Positions 8,049 through 16,775 of a DNA stretch of 64,000 nt are shown in pieces. Source of the DNA: an uncultured Acidobacteriaceae bacterium. Lineage in GTDB: Bacteria; Acidobacteriota; Terriglobia; Acidiferrales; UBA7541. The stretch lies in the NCBI GenBank assembly GCA_963773835.1, contig CAVZCQ010000006.1:46061-110060 (forward strand), read 5' to 3'. Positions within the stretch are counted from its first letter, which is position 1. Each line of letters starts with the position of its first letter. The notes under the pieces were generated by a model that ran no database searches, was not told where the DNA came from, and was given only the letters and a program-made list of their open reading frames with translations. Made by a program: the position numbers and the translations under genes.

Positions 8049-9992
8049 GTGACTCGCGCCAAGTTCCACTTTCGGCCGCTACGCGCGGTGGTACTCGCGA
8101 CCCTACTGCTGCTCGCCACCCTGGCGGCTACTGTGTTTGCCGCCGGAACGGGGCCCCTGGACAACATCCTGCCGCTGGACCAGGTGAAGCCCGGAATGCG
8201 CGGGGAGATGTACACGATCATCGAAGGCGACAAGATCGAGAAGCTCGATCTCGAAGTGATCGGAATACTGCCCAACCTGATGGGTCCGCAGCAGGACATC
8301 ATCCTCGTGAAACTGGTGGGGGACCGAGCCACGGAAATTGGGGTGGCGGCGGGGATGAGCGGGAGCCCGGTGTACATCGACGGGAAACTGGTGGGAGCGC
8401 TGTCACTGAAGTTCGGGATATTTACGAAGGAGGCGCTGGGCGGAGTGACGCCCATCGCGCACATGCTGGAAGCGGACGCGTCGGACGCCGCGTCGTCCAC
8501 GCCCGCGCAGCGCGCGGAAGCGGGAATGCCGGCGGCGCCTGCGCCTGCAGCCGCTGGCTGGCCTCCAGCGGTTCCTGCACCGATAGGCGCGTGGAATAAT
8601 TCTGCCGCTGGACTGGCGGCCGCTTTTCCGAATGCTGCCATGGCGGAGGGGGCGGCTGCGCCTCCGCAGTATCCGGTGGCGGATCGCTATCTGCAGCAGG
8701 CCGGACTCCCTTCGGGCGCCTACCTTTCGCCGATTGAAACGCCACTGATGTTCTCCGGATTTGCCAAGGAGGCGATAGACCGTTTCGCTCCGGAATTCGC
8801 GAGCTACGGGATGACGACTGTGGAAGGCGGGACAGCGGTGGCGCGACCGGACGACCCGAACCTGAAGCCCGGGGATATGGTGGGGATTGTGCTGGCCACC
8901 GGCGACCTCTCCATTCAGGCGGGATGCACGGTGACGGCGATCGTGGAGGGGCATGTGCTGGTGTGCGGCCACCCCGTCTTCAATTTCGGGAAGATGGCGA
9001 TCCCGATGTCGCGCGGGCGGGTGCTGACCACGATGGTGTCGTCGTATTCCTCGACCAAAATCATGAATTCCGGCGGGGTGATCGGGACGATCGACTACGA
9101 CCGCATCTCCGCGGTGACCGGGAGGCTGGGGGCGCCGCCACGGCTGGTGCCGGTGAGCCTGGAGGTGGTGACGCCGGCGCGCGCGAAGTCGCTGCACTTC
9201 CAGGTGGCGGAAACTCCGAAGCTGACGCCGCTGTTGATCGCCATCGCCACCTACAACGGGCTGGTGGCCAACCCCGTGTACAGCGACGGCACCACACTCC
9301 ACCTTACCGGCCAGGTGAACGTGGAGGGCCATTCGCCGGTCGAGCTGGACAATATGTTCGCGCCGAATGATTTCGGCGTTCCCGACGGGCTGCTTGTGGC
9401 GATGATGATGCAGCAGATGTTCCAGCGGGTTTACACGAATCCGTACGAGATGCCGAAAGTGACGGGCGTGCAGTTGCGTGTGGAAAGCATCCCGGAGCGG
9501 CGCCAGGGGTTTATCGAAAACGCGTGGAGCGACCGCTCAGAGGCGGCGCCGGGAGAGCAGGTGCGGGTCAAAGTGCTGCTGCGGCCCTACCGCGGGACGC
9601 CGTTCCTCGAGGAAGTGCCGATTACGATTCCCATGGCAGCGAGGGGGATGCTACGCGTGCTGGTATCAGACGCGGACACGCTGAACCGCATGAGCAACGG
9701 GCTGGCGTTCAGCCCGTTCGCGCGGCTGGCCGGGCTGGAGCAATTGATCCGCATGCTGAACCGCGAGCGGAGAAACAACCGGCTGTACGTGGCGCTGCTG
9801 CAACCCGCGCCCACGCTCCTGGTGGAGGATAAAGAGCTGCCCAACGCGCCGCTGAGCGAAATCGAAGTGCTCGGGCCGGGACGCACCATGGGGGGCCCGA
9901 CGCTGCTGCGCGAGTCGCTGGCCGGGGAATGGTCGGTGCCCATGAACCAGGTGATTTCCGGCCAGCAATCGCTGCTAATTAAAGTGAAGTAG
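8049..9992 (+). CDS. Secreted SpoIVB-like serine peptidase (MEROPS S55 family), 647 aa
   Basis: Signal-like N-terminus LRAVVLATLLLLATLAATVFA. GVAAGMSGSPVYIDGKLVGALS matches the SpoIVB catalytic-serine context (GMSGSPI). Confidence 0.6.
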   Translation: MTRAKFHFRPLRAVVLATLLLLATLAATVFAAGTGPLDNILPLDQVKPGMRGEMYTIIEGDKIEKLDLEVIGILPNLMGPQQDIILVKLVGDRATEIGVAAGMSGSPVYIDGKLVGALSLKFGIFTKEALGGVTPIAHMLEADASDAASSTPAQRAEAGMPAAPAPAAAGWPPAVPAPIGAWNNSAAGLAAAFPNAAMAEGAAAPPQYPVADRYLQQAGLPSGAYLSPIETPLMFSGFAKEAIDRFAPEFASYGMTTVEGGTAVARPDDPNLKPGDMVGIVLATGDLSIQAGCTVTAIVEGHVLVCGHPVFNFGKMAIPMSRGRVLTTMVSSYSSTKIMNSGGVIGTIDYDRISAVTGRLGAPPRLVPVSLEVVTPARAKSLHFQVAETPKLTPLLIAIATYNGLVANPVYSDGTTLHLTGQVNVEGHSPVELDNMFAPNDFGVPDGLLVAMMMQQMFQRVYTNPYEMPKVTGVQLRVESIPERRQGFIENAWSDRSEAAPGEQVRVKVLLRPYRGTPFLEEVPITIPMAARGMLRVLVSDADTLNRMSNGLAFSPFARLAGLEQLIRMLNRERRNNRLYVALLQPAPTLLVEDKELPNAPLSEIEVLGPGRTMGGPTLLRESLAGEWSVPMNQVISGQQSLLIKVK

Positions 9993-10072
9993 CCGGCTCC
10001 CGGGGACTGAGACGGTGCCAATCCGAATGAGCGATTCGCCGCTGTGCTAACCAAATCCTGAAAGGACGGTCC

Positions 10073-12346
10073 ATGTTTCGAACCCGCAGAAATCCCGCGG
10101 CGGCGTGTGCCGCGGCTATAGCCGCGGCGGCCCTGCTGGCCACTGTGCCCGCCGCGGCCGAACGCATGCGCTTCTGGCGGCAGACGTCGTACGAAGACTT
10201 CGAGAAGGGGACGCCGAAGGGCGTGGCGCTGCGGAGCGACGGGCGGCTGGTGCGGGCGCCGCGCTTCGTTCAGCGAGCCGACCCGAACCTGGCGTATCTG
10301 TGGGCGCTGGCCGCGGACTCGCACGGCCAGGTGTACGCGGCGGGCGGCTCGACTGCGAAGGTGCTGCGCCTGGAAGAAAAGGGCACGGTCACCACGGTGT
10401 TCGAGTCCGCCGAAATGTCGGCGCAGGCACTGGCCGTGGATACGCAGGACAACCTGTACGTGGGCACATCTCCGGATGGGAAGGTGTACCGGGTGACGCC
10501 GAAGGGTGAGAAGAGCGTGTTTTTCGACCCGCAGCGGAAATACATCTGGGCGCTGGTGTTCGGGCGTGATGGAACTCTGTACGTGGGCACCGGAGACAAA
10601 GGCGAGATTTTCGCCGTGGCGCCGGATGGAAAGGGCGCAGTTTTCTATAAAACGCAAGAGACGCACGTGCGGTCGTTGGCCGTGGACTCAAGCGGACGGC
10701 TCTACGCCGGCACCGAGCCGAACGGCCTGGTTCTGCGGGTCGATGCGGACCCGAAAACGAAAACGCCGCGGGGATTTGTAGTCTATGAGACGGCGAAAAA
10801 GGAAGTCACCTCATTGCTCGCGGACAAAGCGGGGAACCTGTACGCGGCAGCGGTGGGCGACAAAACGCCGTCGAATCTGCCGGGGCAGGTTGCGACTCCG
10901 CAGCCGGTGGCACAGGTGGTGCCCGGCGCCACGGGCCCGATGATCACGTTCACCGCGGCTCCGCAGATGGTGTTCACTCCCTTTCCCATGCTGGGGGGCG
11001 GGAGCGATGTGTACCGGTTCGGGCCCGATGGCGCGCCGCAGCGGCTATGGAGCTCGCGCGATGAGCTGGTGTACGCCGTGGCGCTATCGCCGGAAGGAAA
11101 ACTGCTGCTGGGAACGGGCGGGCACGGCATCATCTACCAGCTCGAGGGCAACGAGGTGTACGCCAACATCGCGAAGACGTTTTCGGGGCAGGTGACCTGC
11201 TTCGCCGCGCGGGCGGGAGGAGAAATCCTGGCGGGCGGGGCGAATCCCGGGAAGGTCTTTTCGCTGGGCCCAGAGGCCGAGCCGGAGGGGAGTTACGAAT
11301 CCCAGGTGTTCGACGCCAAACTGTTTTCCACCTGGGGGCGGCTGACGTGGTGGGGCGACAATCATTCGACGGACGGGCACATTGAGTTTTACATGCGCAG
11401 CGGAAACACCTCCGACCCGAGCACGTATTGGAGCTCGTGGGCCGGGCCGTTCCATGATCCCAACGGAGAACCGGTCAACCTGCCGCCCGGGCGGTTTGTG
11501 CAGTGGAAGGCGGTGTTCCGCGACGGAGCGCCGGGAATCAACATCGCCTGGGTGGGTGTGGCCTATCTGCCGAAAAATGTGGCGCCGGTGATCGATTCCG
11601 TCCTGATTCAAAATCCGGGAATCCGCGCGCAGTCGGCGGTGGGGATGGTGATGCCACCGGGACAGGCGCAGCCGGTGCAGCTCCGGATGCCGGCTCCCCC
11701 GCCCCTGCCGGGGCTGAACCTTTTCCCGCAACCCACGCCGCCACCGCAACCGCAGAAGTTCGAGCCGCCGCCTCAGGGCTTCGTACAGCGGGGCTGGCAG
11801 TCGGTTCTCTGGGGCGCGCACGACGACAACGACGACGACCTGGTTTATTCCGTGTATTACCGCGGGGAGCGGGAGACGGTTTGGAAGCTGCTGAAAGAAA
11901 AAGTCGAGGCGCGGTTCTATTCCTGGGACACCACCACGATGCCCGACGGCACGTACTATCTGAAGATTGTGGCCTCGGATTCACCGTCCAATCCTCCGGA
12001 TGAGGCGCTCACGGCAGAACGCGTGAGCGACCGCTTTGTAGTGGACAATGCGCCGCCGGAAATCCTGAACCTGCGCGCGACGGTGACGGGCAACGCCGCC
12101 GAGGCGCGGTTTGAAGCGCGCGATTCGGCCAGCATGCTCAGCCGGGCGGAGTGGAGCCTGGATGGAGGCGACTGGAAGGTGGTGCTGCCCGCGGGAAGGC
12201 TAAGCGACGCGCGCCAGGAAAGCTATAGCATCACACTGCTGGGCCTGGCGTCGGGAGAGCATACTCTGGCCGTGCGGGTGACCGACGAATTCGACAATCA
12301 GTCGGCGGCGAAAGCAGTGTTTCACGTGGGCGCCGCATCGAAGTGA
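10073..12346 (+). CDS. Secreted beta-propeller-repeat protein (hypothetical), 757 aa
   Basis: Signal peptide AAIAAAALLATVPAAA. Repeated roughly 40-aa blades follow (HGQVYAAGGSTAKVLRL, DNLYVGTSPDGKVYRV, DGTLYVGTGDKGEIFAV, SGRLYAGTEPNGLVLRV, GNLYAAAVGD, GKLLLGTGGHGIIYQL). The C-terminus is Ig/FN3-like. Confidence 0.65.
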   Translation: MFRTRRNPAAACAAAIAAAALLATVPAAAERMRFWRQTSYEDFEKGTPKGVALRSDGRLVRAPRFVQRADPNLAYLWALAADSHGQVYAAGGSTAKVLRLEEKGTVTTVFESAEMSAQALAVDTQDNLYVGTSPDGKVYRVTPKGEKSVFFDPQRKYIWALVFGRDGTLYVGTGDKGEIFAVAPDGKGAVFYKTQETHVRSLAVDSSGRLYAGTEPNGLVLRVDADPKTKTPRGFVVYETAKKEVTSLLADKAGNLYAAAVGDKTPSNLPGQVATPQPVAQVVPGATGPMITFTAAPQMVFTPFPMLGGGSDVYRFGPDGAPQRLWSSRDELVYAVALSPEGKLLLGTGGHGIIYQLEGNEVYANIAKTFSGQVTCFAARAGGEILAGGANPGKVFSLGPEAEPEGSYESQVFDAKLFSTWGRLTWWGDNHSTDGHIEFYMRSGNTSDPSTYWSSWAGPFHDPNGEPVNLPPGRFVQWKAVFRDGAPGINIAWVGVAYLPKNVAPVIDSVLIQNPGIRAQSAVGMVMPPGQAQPVQLRMPAPPPLPGLNLFPQPTPPPQPQKFEPPPQGFVQRGWQSVLWGAHDDNDDDLVYSVYYRGERETVWKLLKEKVEARFYSWDTTTMPDGTYYLKIVASDSPSNPPDEALTAERVSDRFVVDNAPPEILNLRATVTGNAAEARFEARDSASMLSRAEWSLDGGDWKVVLPAGRLSDARQESYSITLLGLASGEHTLAVRVTDEFDNQSAAKAVFHVGAASK

Positions 12347-13293
12347 GCGCCGGGCCGAGCCTGGACGACATCCGCGTTGCCGCGCGGCGCATCGCGCCTT
12401 TCATTCATCGCACTCCGGTAATGACCTGCGCCACGCTCGACGCCATGGCGGGGGCACGCCTGTACTTCAAATGCGAGAACCTGCAGAAAACCGGCTCGTT
12501 CAAGATTCGCGGGGCGACCAACGCGGTGCTGCAACTGAGTCCGGCGGAAGCGGCGCGCGGCGTGGTGACGCAATCCTCGGGAAACCATGCGGCAGCCGTG
12601 GCGCGGGCGGCGGCGGCGCGCGGAGCGGCGGCCCACATCGTGATGCCGAAAAACGCTCCGGCGGTCAAATGCCGGGCCGTGGAAGGCTACGGCGGAGTGA
12701 TTACGTTCTGCGAGCCGACGGTGGAAGCGCGTGACGGCGCGATGAAACGCCTCCTGGAGGAAACCGGCGGCGTGCTCATCCATCCGTATAACGACCGCCG
12801 GGTGATCGCAGGACAGGGAACGGCAGCGCTGGAATTGCTGGAAGACGTGCCGGAACTGGATGTGCTGCTGGCGCCGGTGAGCGGCGGAGGACTGTTGAGC
12901 GGCAATGCCATCGCGGCGACGAGCGTGCGGCCGTCGGTGCGGGTGATCGGGTGCGAGCCTGCCAACGCGGATGATGCCTACCGTTCGCTGAAATCCGGCC
13001 ACATTGAAAAGAACGCGACGGCGGATACGATTGCGGACGGGCTGCGCGCGCAGTTGTGCGAGCTGACCTTCGGGATCCTCCGCGAGCGCGTGGACGAAAT
13101 CGTGCGCGTGAGCGAAGAGGAAATTGTGGCGGCGATGCGGCTGGTGTGGGAGCGGATGAAGATTGTAGTCGAACCGTCAGCGGCGGTGGCGCTGGCTCCG
13201 GCGATTGCGCGCAGCATCCGCGCGGACGGAAAGCGCGTGGGGGTGCTGCTTTCGGGCGGAAATGTGGACCTGAGCGCGCTGCCGTTTCACTAA
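12343..13293 (+). CDS. PLP-dependent threonine/serine dehydratase (serine-racemase-like fold type II enzyme), 316 aa
   Basis: IHRTPVMTCATLD...YFKCENLQKTGSFKIRGATNAV contains the PLP-lysine motif. SSGNHAAAVA and PVSGGGLLSG are also present. The GTG start overlaps the upstream stop. Confidence 0.85.
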   Translation: MSAGPSLDDIRVAARRIAPFIHRTPVMTCATLDAMAGARLYFKCENLQKTGSFKIRGATNAVLQLSPAEAARGVVTQSSGNHAAAVARAAAARGAAAHIVMPKNAPAVKCRAVEGYGGVITFCEPTVEARDGAMKRLLEETGGVLIHPYNDRRVIAGQGTAALELLEDVPELDVLLAPVSGGGLLSGNAIAATSVRPSVRVIGCEPANADDAYRSLKSGHIEKNATADTIADGLRAQLCELTFGILRERVDEIVRVSEEEIVAAMRLVWERMKIVVEPSAAVALAPAIARSIRADGKRVGVLLSGGNVDLSALPFH

Positions 13294-13336
13294 GAAGCGA
13301 AAATCAAGAAGTCGGATACGCTCGAATGGGGGGAAC

Positions 13337-13741
13337 ATGAGCGCAGCGGAGAATAAACAGTTGATGCAGGGCATATTTGCGGAGATGGCGAAGGGGAATG
13401 CGCGGCCGCTGGTGGAAGCCATGGCCGATGACTTTCGCTGGACGGTTCCTGGGACTACAAAATGGTCGAGGACCTATGAAGGAAAGCAGGCGGTGCTCGG
13501 CGAGCTGTTCGGGGTCTTGCGGGACAGGATTGAGGGACAGATGCGGACGGCGGCGCAGCGGTTCATCGCCGAAGACGATTACGTGGTCGTGGAAGCCCGC
13601 GGGAACAACACCACGAAGGCGGGAAAACCCTACAACAATTCCTATTGCTTCGTGTTCCGGTTGGCGGGCGGAAAGCTGAAAGAAGTCACAGAGTATATGG
13701 ACACGGAACTGGTGACGGCGGCTTTGGGAGATGCGGGGTGA
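13337..13741 (+). CDS. SnoaL-like / NTF2-fold (ketosteroid-isomerase-like) protein, 134 aa
   Basis: NKQLMQGIFAEMAKGNARPLVEAMADDFRWTVPGTTKWSRTYEGKQAVL...YCFVFRLAGGKLKEVTEYMDT follows the typical SnoaL-like pattern. Confidence 0.7.
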   Translation: MSAAENKQLMQGIFAEMAKGNARPLVEAMADDFRWTVPGTTKWSRTYEGKQAVLGELFGVLRDRIEGQMRTAAQRFIAEDDYVVVEARGNNTTKAGKPYNNSYCFVFRLAGGKLKEVTEYMDTELVTAALGDAG

Positions 13742-13793
13742 GCCGCGCGGGCGGCGCCTCGCACGGCAGCTTCGTGGCGCGATAGACGGTAGC

Positions 13794-13822
13794 GGGGCAT
13801 CCGCCGCGGCGGATGCCCCTCG
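13794..13822. repeat. REP-like hairpin (subfamily i): 26-nt perfect palindrome GGGGCATCCGCCG/CGGCGGATGCCCC followed by TCG; likely bidirectional terminator between convergent genes
   Basis: Palindrome read directly at 13794-13819. It lies between the stop at 13741 (+) and the stop at 13837 (-). Confidence 0.7.
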
Positions 13823-13836
13823 AAAGCCCCCGCCGC

Positions 13837-16572
13837 TTACTTCGGATTGCCGTCGGCGTCGATAAAGCGGATCTCGCCGAGGTTCAACTCACGGATGCCG
13901 GCCTCGATTTTGGCCCGGTCGCCGACCACAACCCACACCAGATGGTCAGGGTGGATCACTTCGTGCGCGGCGGCCTCCAGGTCGGAGGTCTTGAGCGCCA
14001 GAATCCGGCCGGTCATCTTGTCGTAGTAGTCGTCGGGCCAGTGGTATTTGAGCAGGCTGATGATAGAAGTGCCGACGGCGTTCAGCGTCTCGCGCGAGCC
14101 GGGCAGGCGAAGCGTCTCATTGGCCTGGATGCGCGCGAGTTCCTGCGCGGTCACCGGGCGGTCGGAAAGGAATTCGCGCAGTTCCCGGTTGACTTCGGCG
14201 AGGGCTTCCTTGGTCTTGTCGGTCTGGACGGGCGCGAAGACCAGGAAGGGCCGTTGCGCGCGCGCCCCCCACAGCACGCTGCCCGCACCGTAAGCCCAGT
14301 GTTTATCCTCGCGCAAATTCATGTTCAGGCGCGAGCTGAACGTGCCGCCGATGGCGTCGTTCATGGCGTGCACGGCGATTTCCTCGCCGGCATCGGGCGG
14401 CGCGGAGACGTTTCCGGCGAGGATCACGGACTGGCCGGCGTTGGGTTTGTCCACGATGTACACGGCCGGCTTCGCAGGGAGCTGGACGGTGGCCACGTTT
14501 TTTGCCGGCACCTCGCCCGGTTTCCAGGAGGCGAAGGCTTTTTCGAGCCGGGGGATGATTTCAGCGAGGGTGGTGTCGCCGACCACGACGAGAGTGGCGT
14601 TATTGGGGTGGAACCAGACCTCGTGGAATTTGACCAGGTCGGCGCGTGAGATCTTCTCGACGCTGGCCGCGGTTCCCGAGCCGGTGAGCGGGTTCCCGTA
14701 CGCATGGTTGGCGCCGTAGAGGAAACGCGGGAAGACGCGCAGACCCATCGTCACCGGCTCGCTCTGTTCCTGCTGGATGGCGTCGATTTGCAGCTTCTGT
14801 TCGCGCTTGAAGTCCGCCTCGGGGAACACAGGATTCAGGATCACGTCGGCGAACAGATCGAGCGAGGGATCGAGTTTGGCCTTGAGCGCGGAAAGCCGCA
14901 CGTAGGAATAGTCCAAATCGCCGTAGCTCTGCAGTTCGGCGCCGAGCAGTGCGGTTTGATCGTTAATCTCGAGCGCGTTGCGCGTGCGGGTCCCGTCGAC
15001 GAGCAGCGACGAGCCCAGCTTGGCCGTTCCCGGCGAAGCGAACTGGTCGGAGGCAAACCCGGCATTCACGGCCATCCACATGTTCACCAGGCCGGCGCCC
15101 TTGCGTTCCGCCAGAACGATTTTCAGTCCGTTGGGCAGCGTAGCGCGCTCGAGTTTCGGCAGGTTCGCCTCGGGGGCCGGGCCGAGCGCCGGCCCTTTGG
15201 CGTGGTCCACTTCCGCGGAGGCGGCCTTGTAGTCGGGGAACGGCATCACCTCGGCGATGTACACGCCGTCGGAAAGCCAGCGGTCCGCCGCGGAGCGCAG
15301 TTGTTCCGCCGTGGCATTGTGCACGCGAGCGAGTGTGGTCTTGTAGCCGCTCGGGTCGCCGGTGAAGACGGCATACTGCGCGAGCTGGTCCGAAGAGCCG
15401 CCGAAGCCGCCGATGCGTTCAATTCCGCGGAGGAAGCCGGCCAGGTAGGCGGTCTGCACGCGCTCCAGTTCGGTGGGAGCCGGACCGTCCTTCAAAAAGC
15501 GTGCCATCTCCTGGTCCATGGCCTTCTCGATTTCTCCGAGGCTGTGGCCGGGAGCGGCGGTCACCTGCACCACGAATTGGCCGGCGATTTCGCGGGCGTC
15601 GTTGTAGACGGTCACGTCGCTGGCGATTTGATCGTCGTAAACGAGGCGCTTGTAGAGCCGCGAGGTTTTCCCGTCGCCGAGGCAAGAGGCCACCATCGTC
15701 AGGTAGTCGGAGTCCGCGGTCCCGAATGGCGGAATGTTCCAGACCTTGTAGATTCGCGGGAGCGGCACGCGTTCCTCGGTGATTTCGCGATGCGTCCCCG
15801 TCATCTTGGCGATCCAGGCCTTCTGATGGGGCACGGGAGGGCCCGGAGGAATATCGCCGAAATACTTCTCGACTTTCTCCTTGGCAACCTTCGTGTCAAT
15901 GTCGCCGGCGATCACGATGACCACGTTGGACGGGCCGTAATAGGTCTTGAACCACTCCTGGACGTCTTTGAACGCGGCAGCGTCCAAATCGGCCATGTCG
16001 CCGATCACGTCCCAGGAGTAAGGATGTCCCGCGGGAAACGTATTATCGGGGATGTGCTCCTCGGTCGTATCGTACGGCTGGTTTTCGTCCTGCCGTTTTT
16101 CGTTTTCCACCACGCCGCGCTGGAGATCGAGCGTCTTCTGGCTCAGGTCGAGGTAGGCCATACGATCGGCTTCCATCCACAGCGCGTAATCAAACGCCGA
16201 GGCGGGAACGTTTTCGAAGTAATTGGTGCGGTCGAAATTGGTGGTGCCGTTGAGGTCGGTGGCGCCCACGGACTGCAGGGCCTTGACGTAGCTGCCCGGC
16301 GCGTGCTGGCTGCCTCCGAACATCAGGTGCTCGAACAGGTGGGCGAAGCCGGTGTGTCCCGCCCTCTCGTTCTTCGAGCCCACGTGATACCACATGTTGA
16401 TGGCGACGATGGGGGCTTTGTGGTCCTCATGGACGATGAGCGTGAGTCCGTTGCTCAGGACAAATTTTTGATAGCTGATGTCCGGCTCCTGGGCACGCGC
16501 CGGAACCGCGGCGCCGGCTGCGAGCACCAGAACAAACAGCAGAGACAGCAGACGAACGAGATGAATCCTCAT
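13837..16572 (-). CDS. Secreted M16-family (pitrilysin/insulinase) zinc metallopeptidase, double-unit, 911 aa
   Basis: Signal peptide LLSLLFVLVLAAGAAVPARA. The inverted zinc motif HxxEH is present in GFAHLFEHLMFGG. A second inactive-type M16 unit occupies the C-terminal half. Confidence 0.9.
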   Translation of the reverse strand: MRIHLVRLLSLLFVLVLAAGAAVPARAQEPDISYQKFVLSNGLTLIVHEDHKAPIVAINMWYHVGSKNERAGHTGFAHLFEHLMFGGSQHAPGSYVKALQSVGATDLNGTTNFDRTNYFENVPASAFDYALWMEADRMAYLDLSQKTLDLQRGVVENEKRQDENQPYDTTEEHIPDNTFPAGHPYSWDVIGDMADLDAAAFKDVQEWFKTYYGPSNVVIVIAGDIDTKVAKEKVEKYFGDIPPGPPVPHQKAWIAKMTGTHREITEERVPLPRIYKVWNIPPFGTADSDYLTMVASCLGDGKTSRLYKRLVYDDQIASDVTVYNDAREIAGQFVVQVTAAPGHSLGEIEKAMDQEMARFLKDGPAPTELERVQTAYLAGFLRGIERIGGFGGSSDQLAQYAVFTGDPSGYKTTLARVHNATAEQLRSAADRWLSDGVYIAEVMPFPDYKAASAEVDHAKGPALGPAPEANLPKLERATLPNGLKIVLAERKGAGLVNMWMAVNAGFASDQFASPGTAKLGSSLLVDGTRTRNALEINDQTALLGAELQSYGDLDYSYVRLSALKAKLDPSLDLFADVILNPVFPEADFKREQKLQIDAIQQEQSEPVTMGLRVFPRFLYGANHAYGNPLTGSGTAASVEKISRADLVKFHEVWFHPNNATLVVVGDTTLAEIIPRLEKAFASWKPGEVPAKNVATVQLPAKPAVYIVDKPNAGQSVILAGNVSAPPDAGEEIAVHAMNDAIGGTFSSRLNMNLREDKHWAYGAGSVLWGARAQRPFLVFAPVQTDKTKEALAEVNRELREFLSDRPVTAQELARIQANETLRLPGSRETLNAVGTSIISLLKYHWPDDYYDKMTGRILALKTSDLEAAAHEVIHPDHLVWVVVGDRAKIEAGIRELNLGEIRFIDADGNPK

Positions 16573-16775
16573 GGTTCTCCCTCCGAGAGTTTCAGACGGA
16601 ATTTGGAGTTATCCGGTTTCCGGGGCTGGTGCGCGAAGCAGGATGCCGACGCAGGCCAGGGTCGGGCCCCTGCGCCCCGGGAGAGATAGTACCGATTCCG
16701 GAGAGGCAAGGCCAGCCCGAAACTGGCGCGAGGGCTCGCGGACCGGCACAGGAGTGCAGCGGCGGGGAAAAGAAG

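Noticed and set aside
14704-16689. 661-aa plus-strand ORF (also 13813..14649)
   Set aside because: Antisense to the M16 peptidase gene. The translation is low-complexity and Arg/Gly/His-rich, with no recognisable motifs, whereas the minus frame carries HxxEH and a signal peptide.
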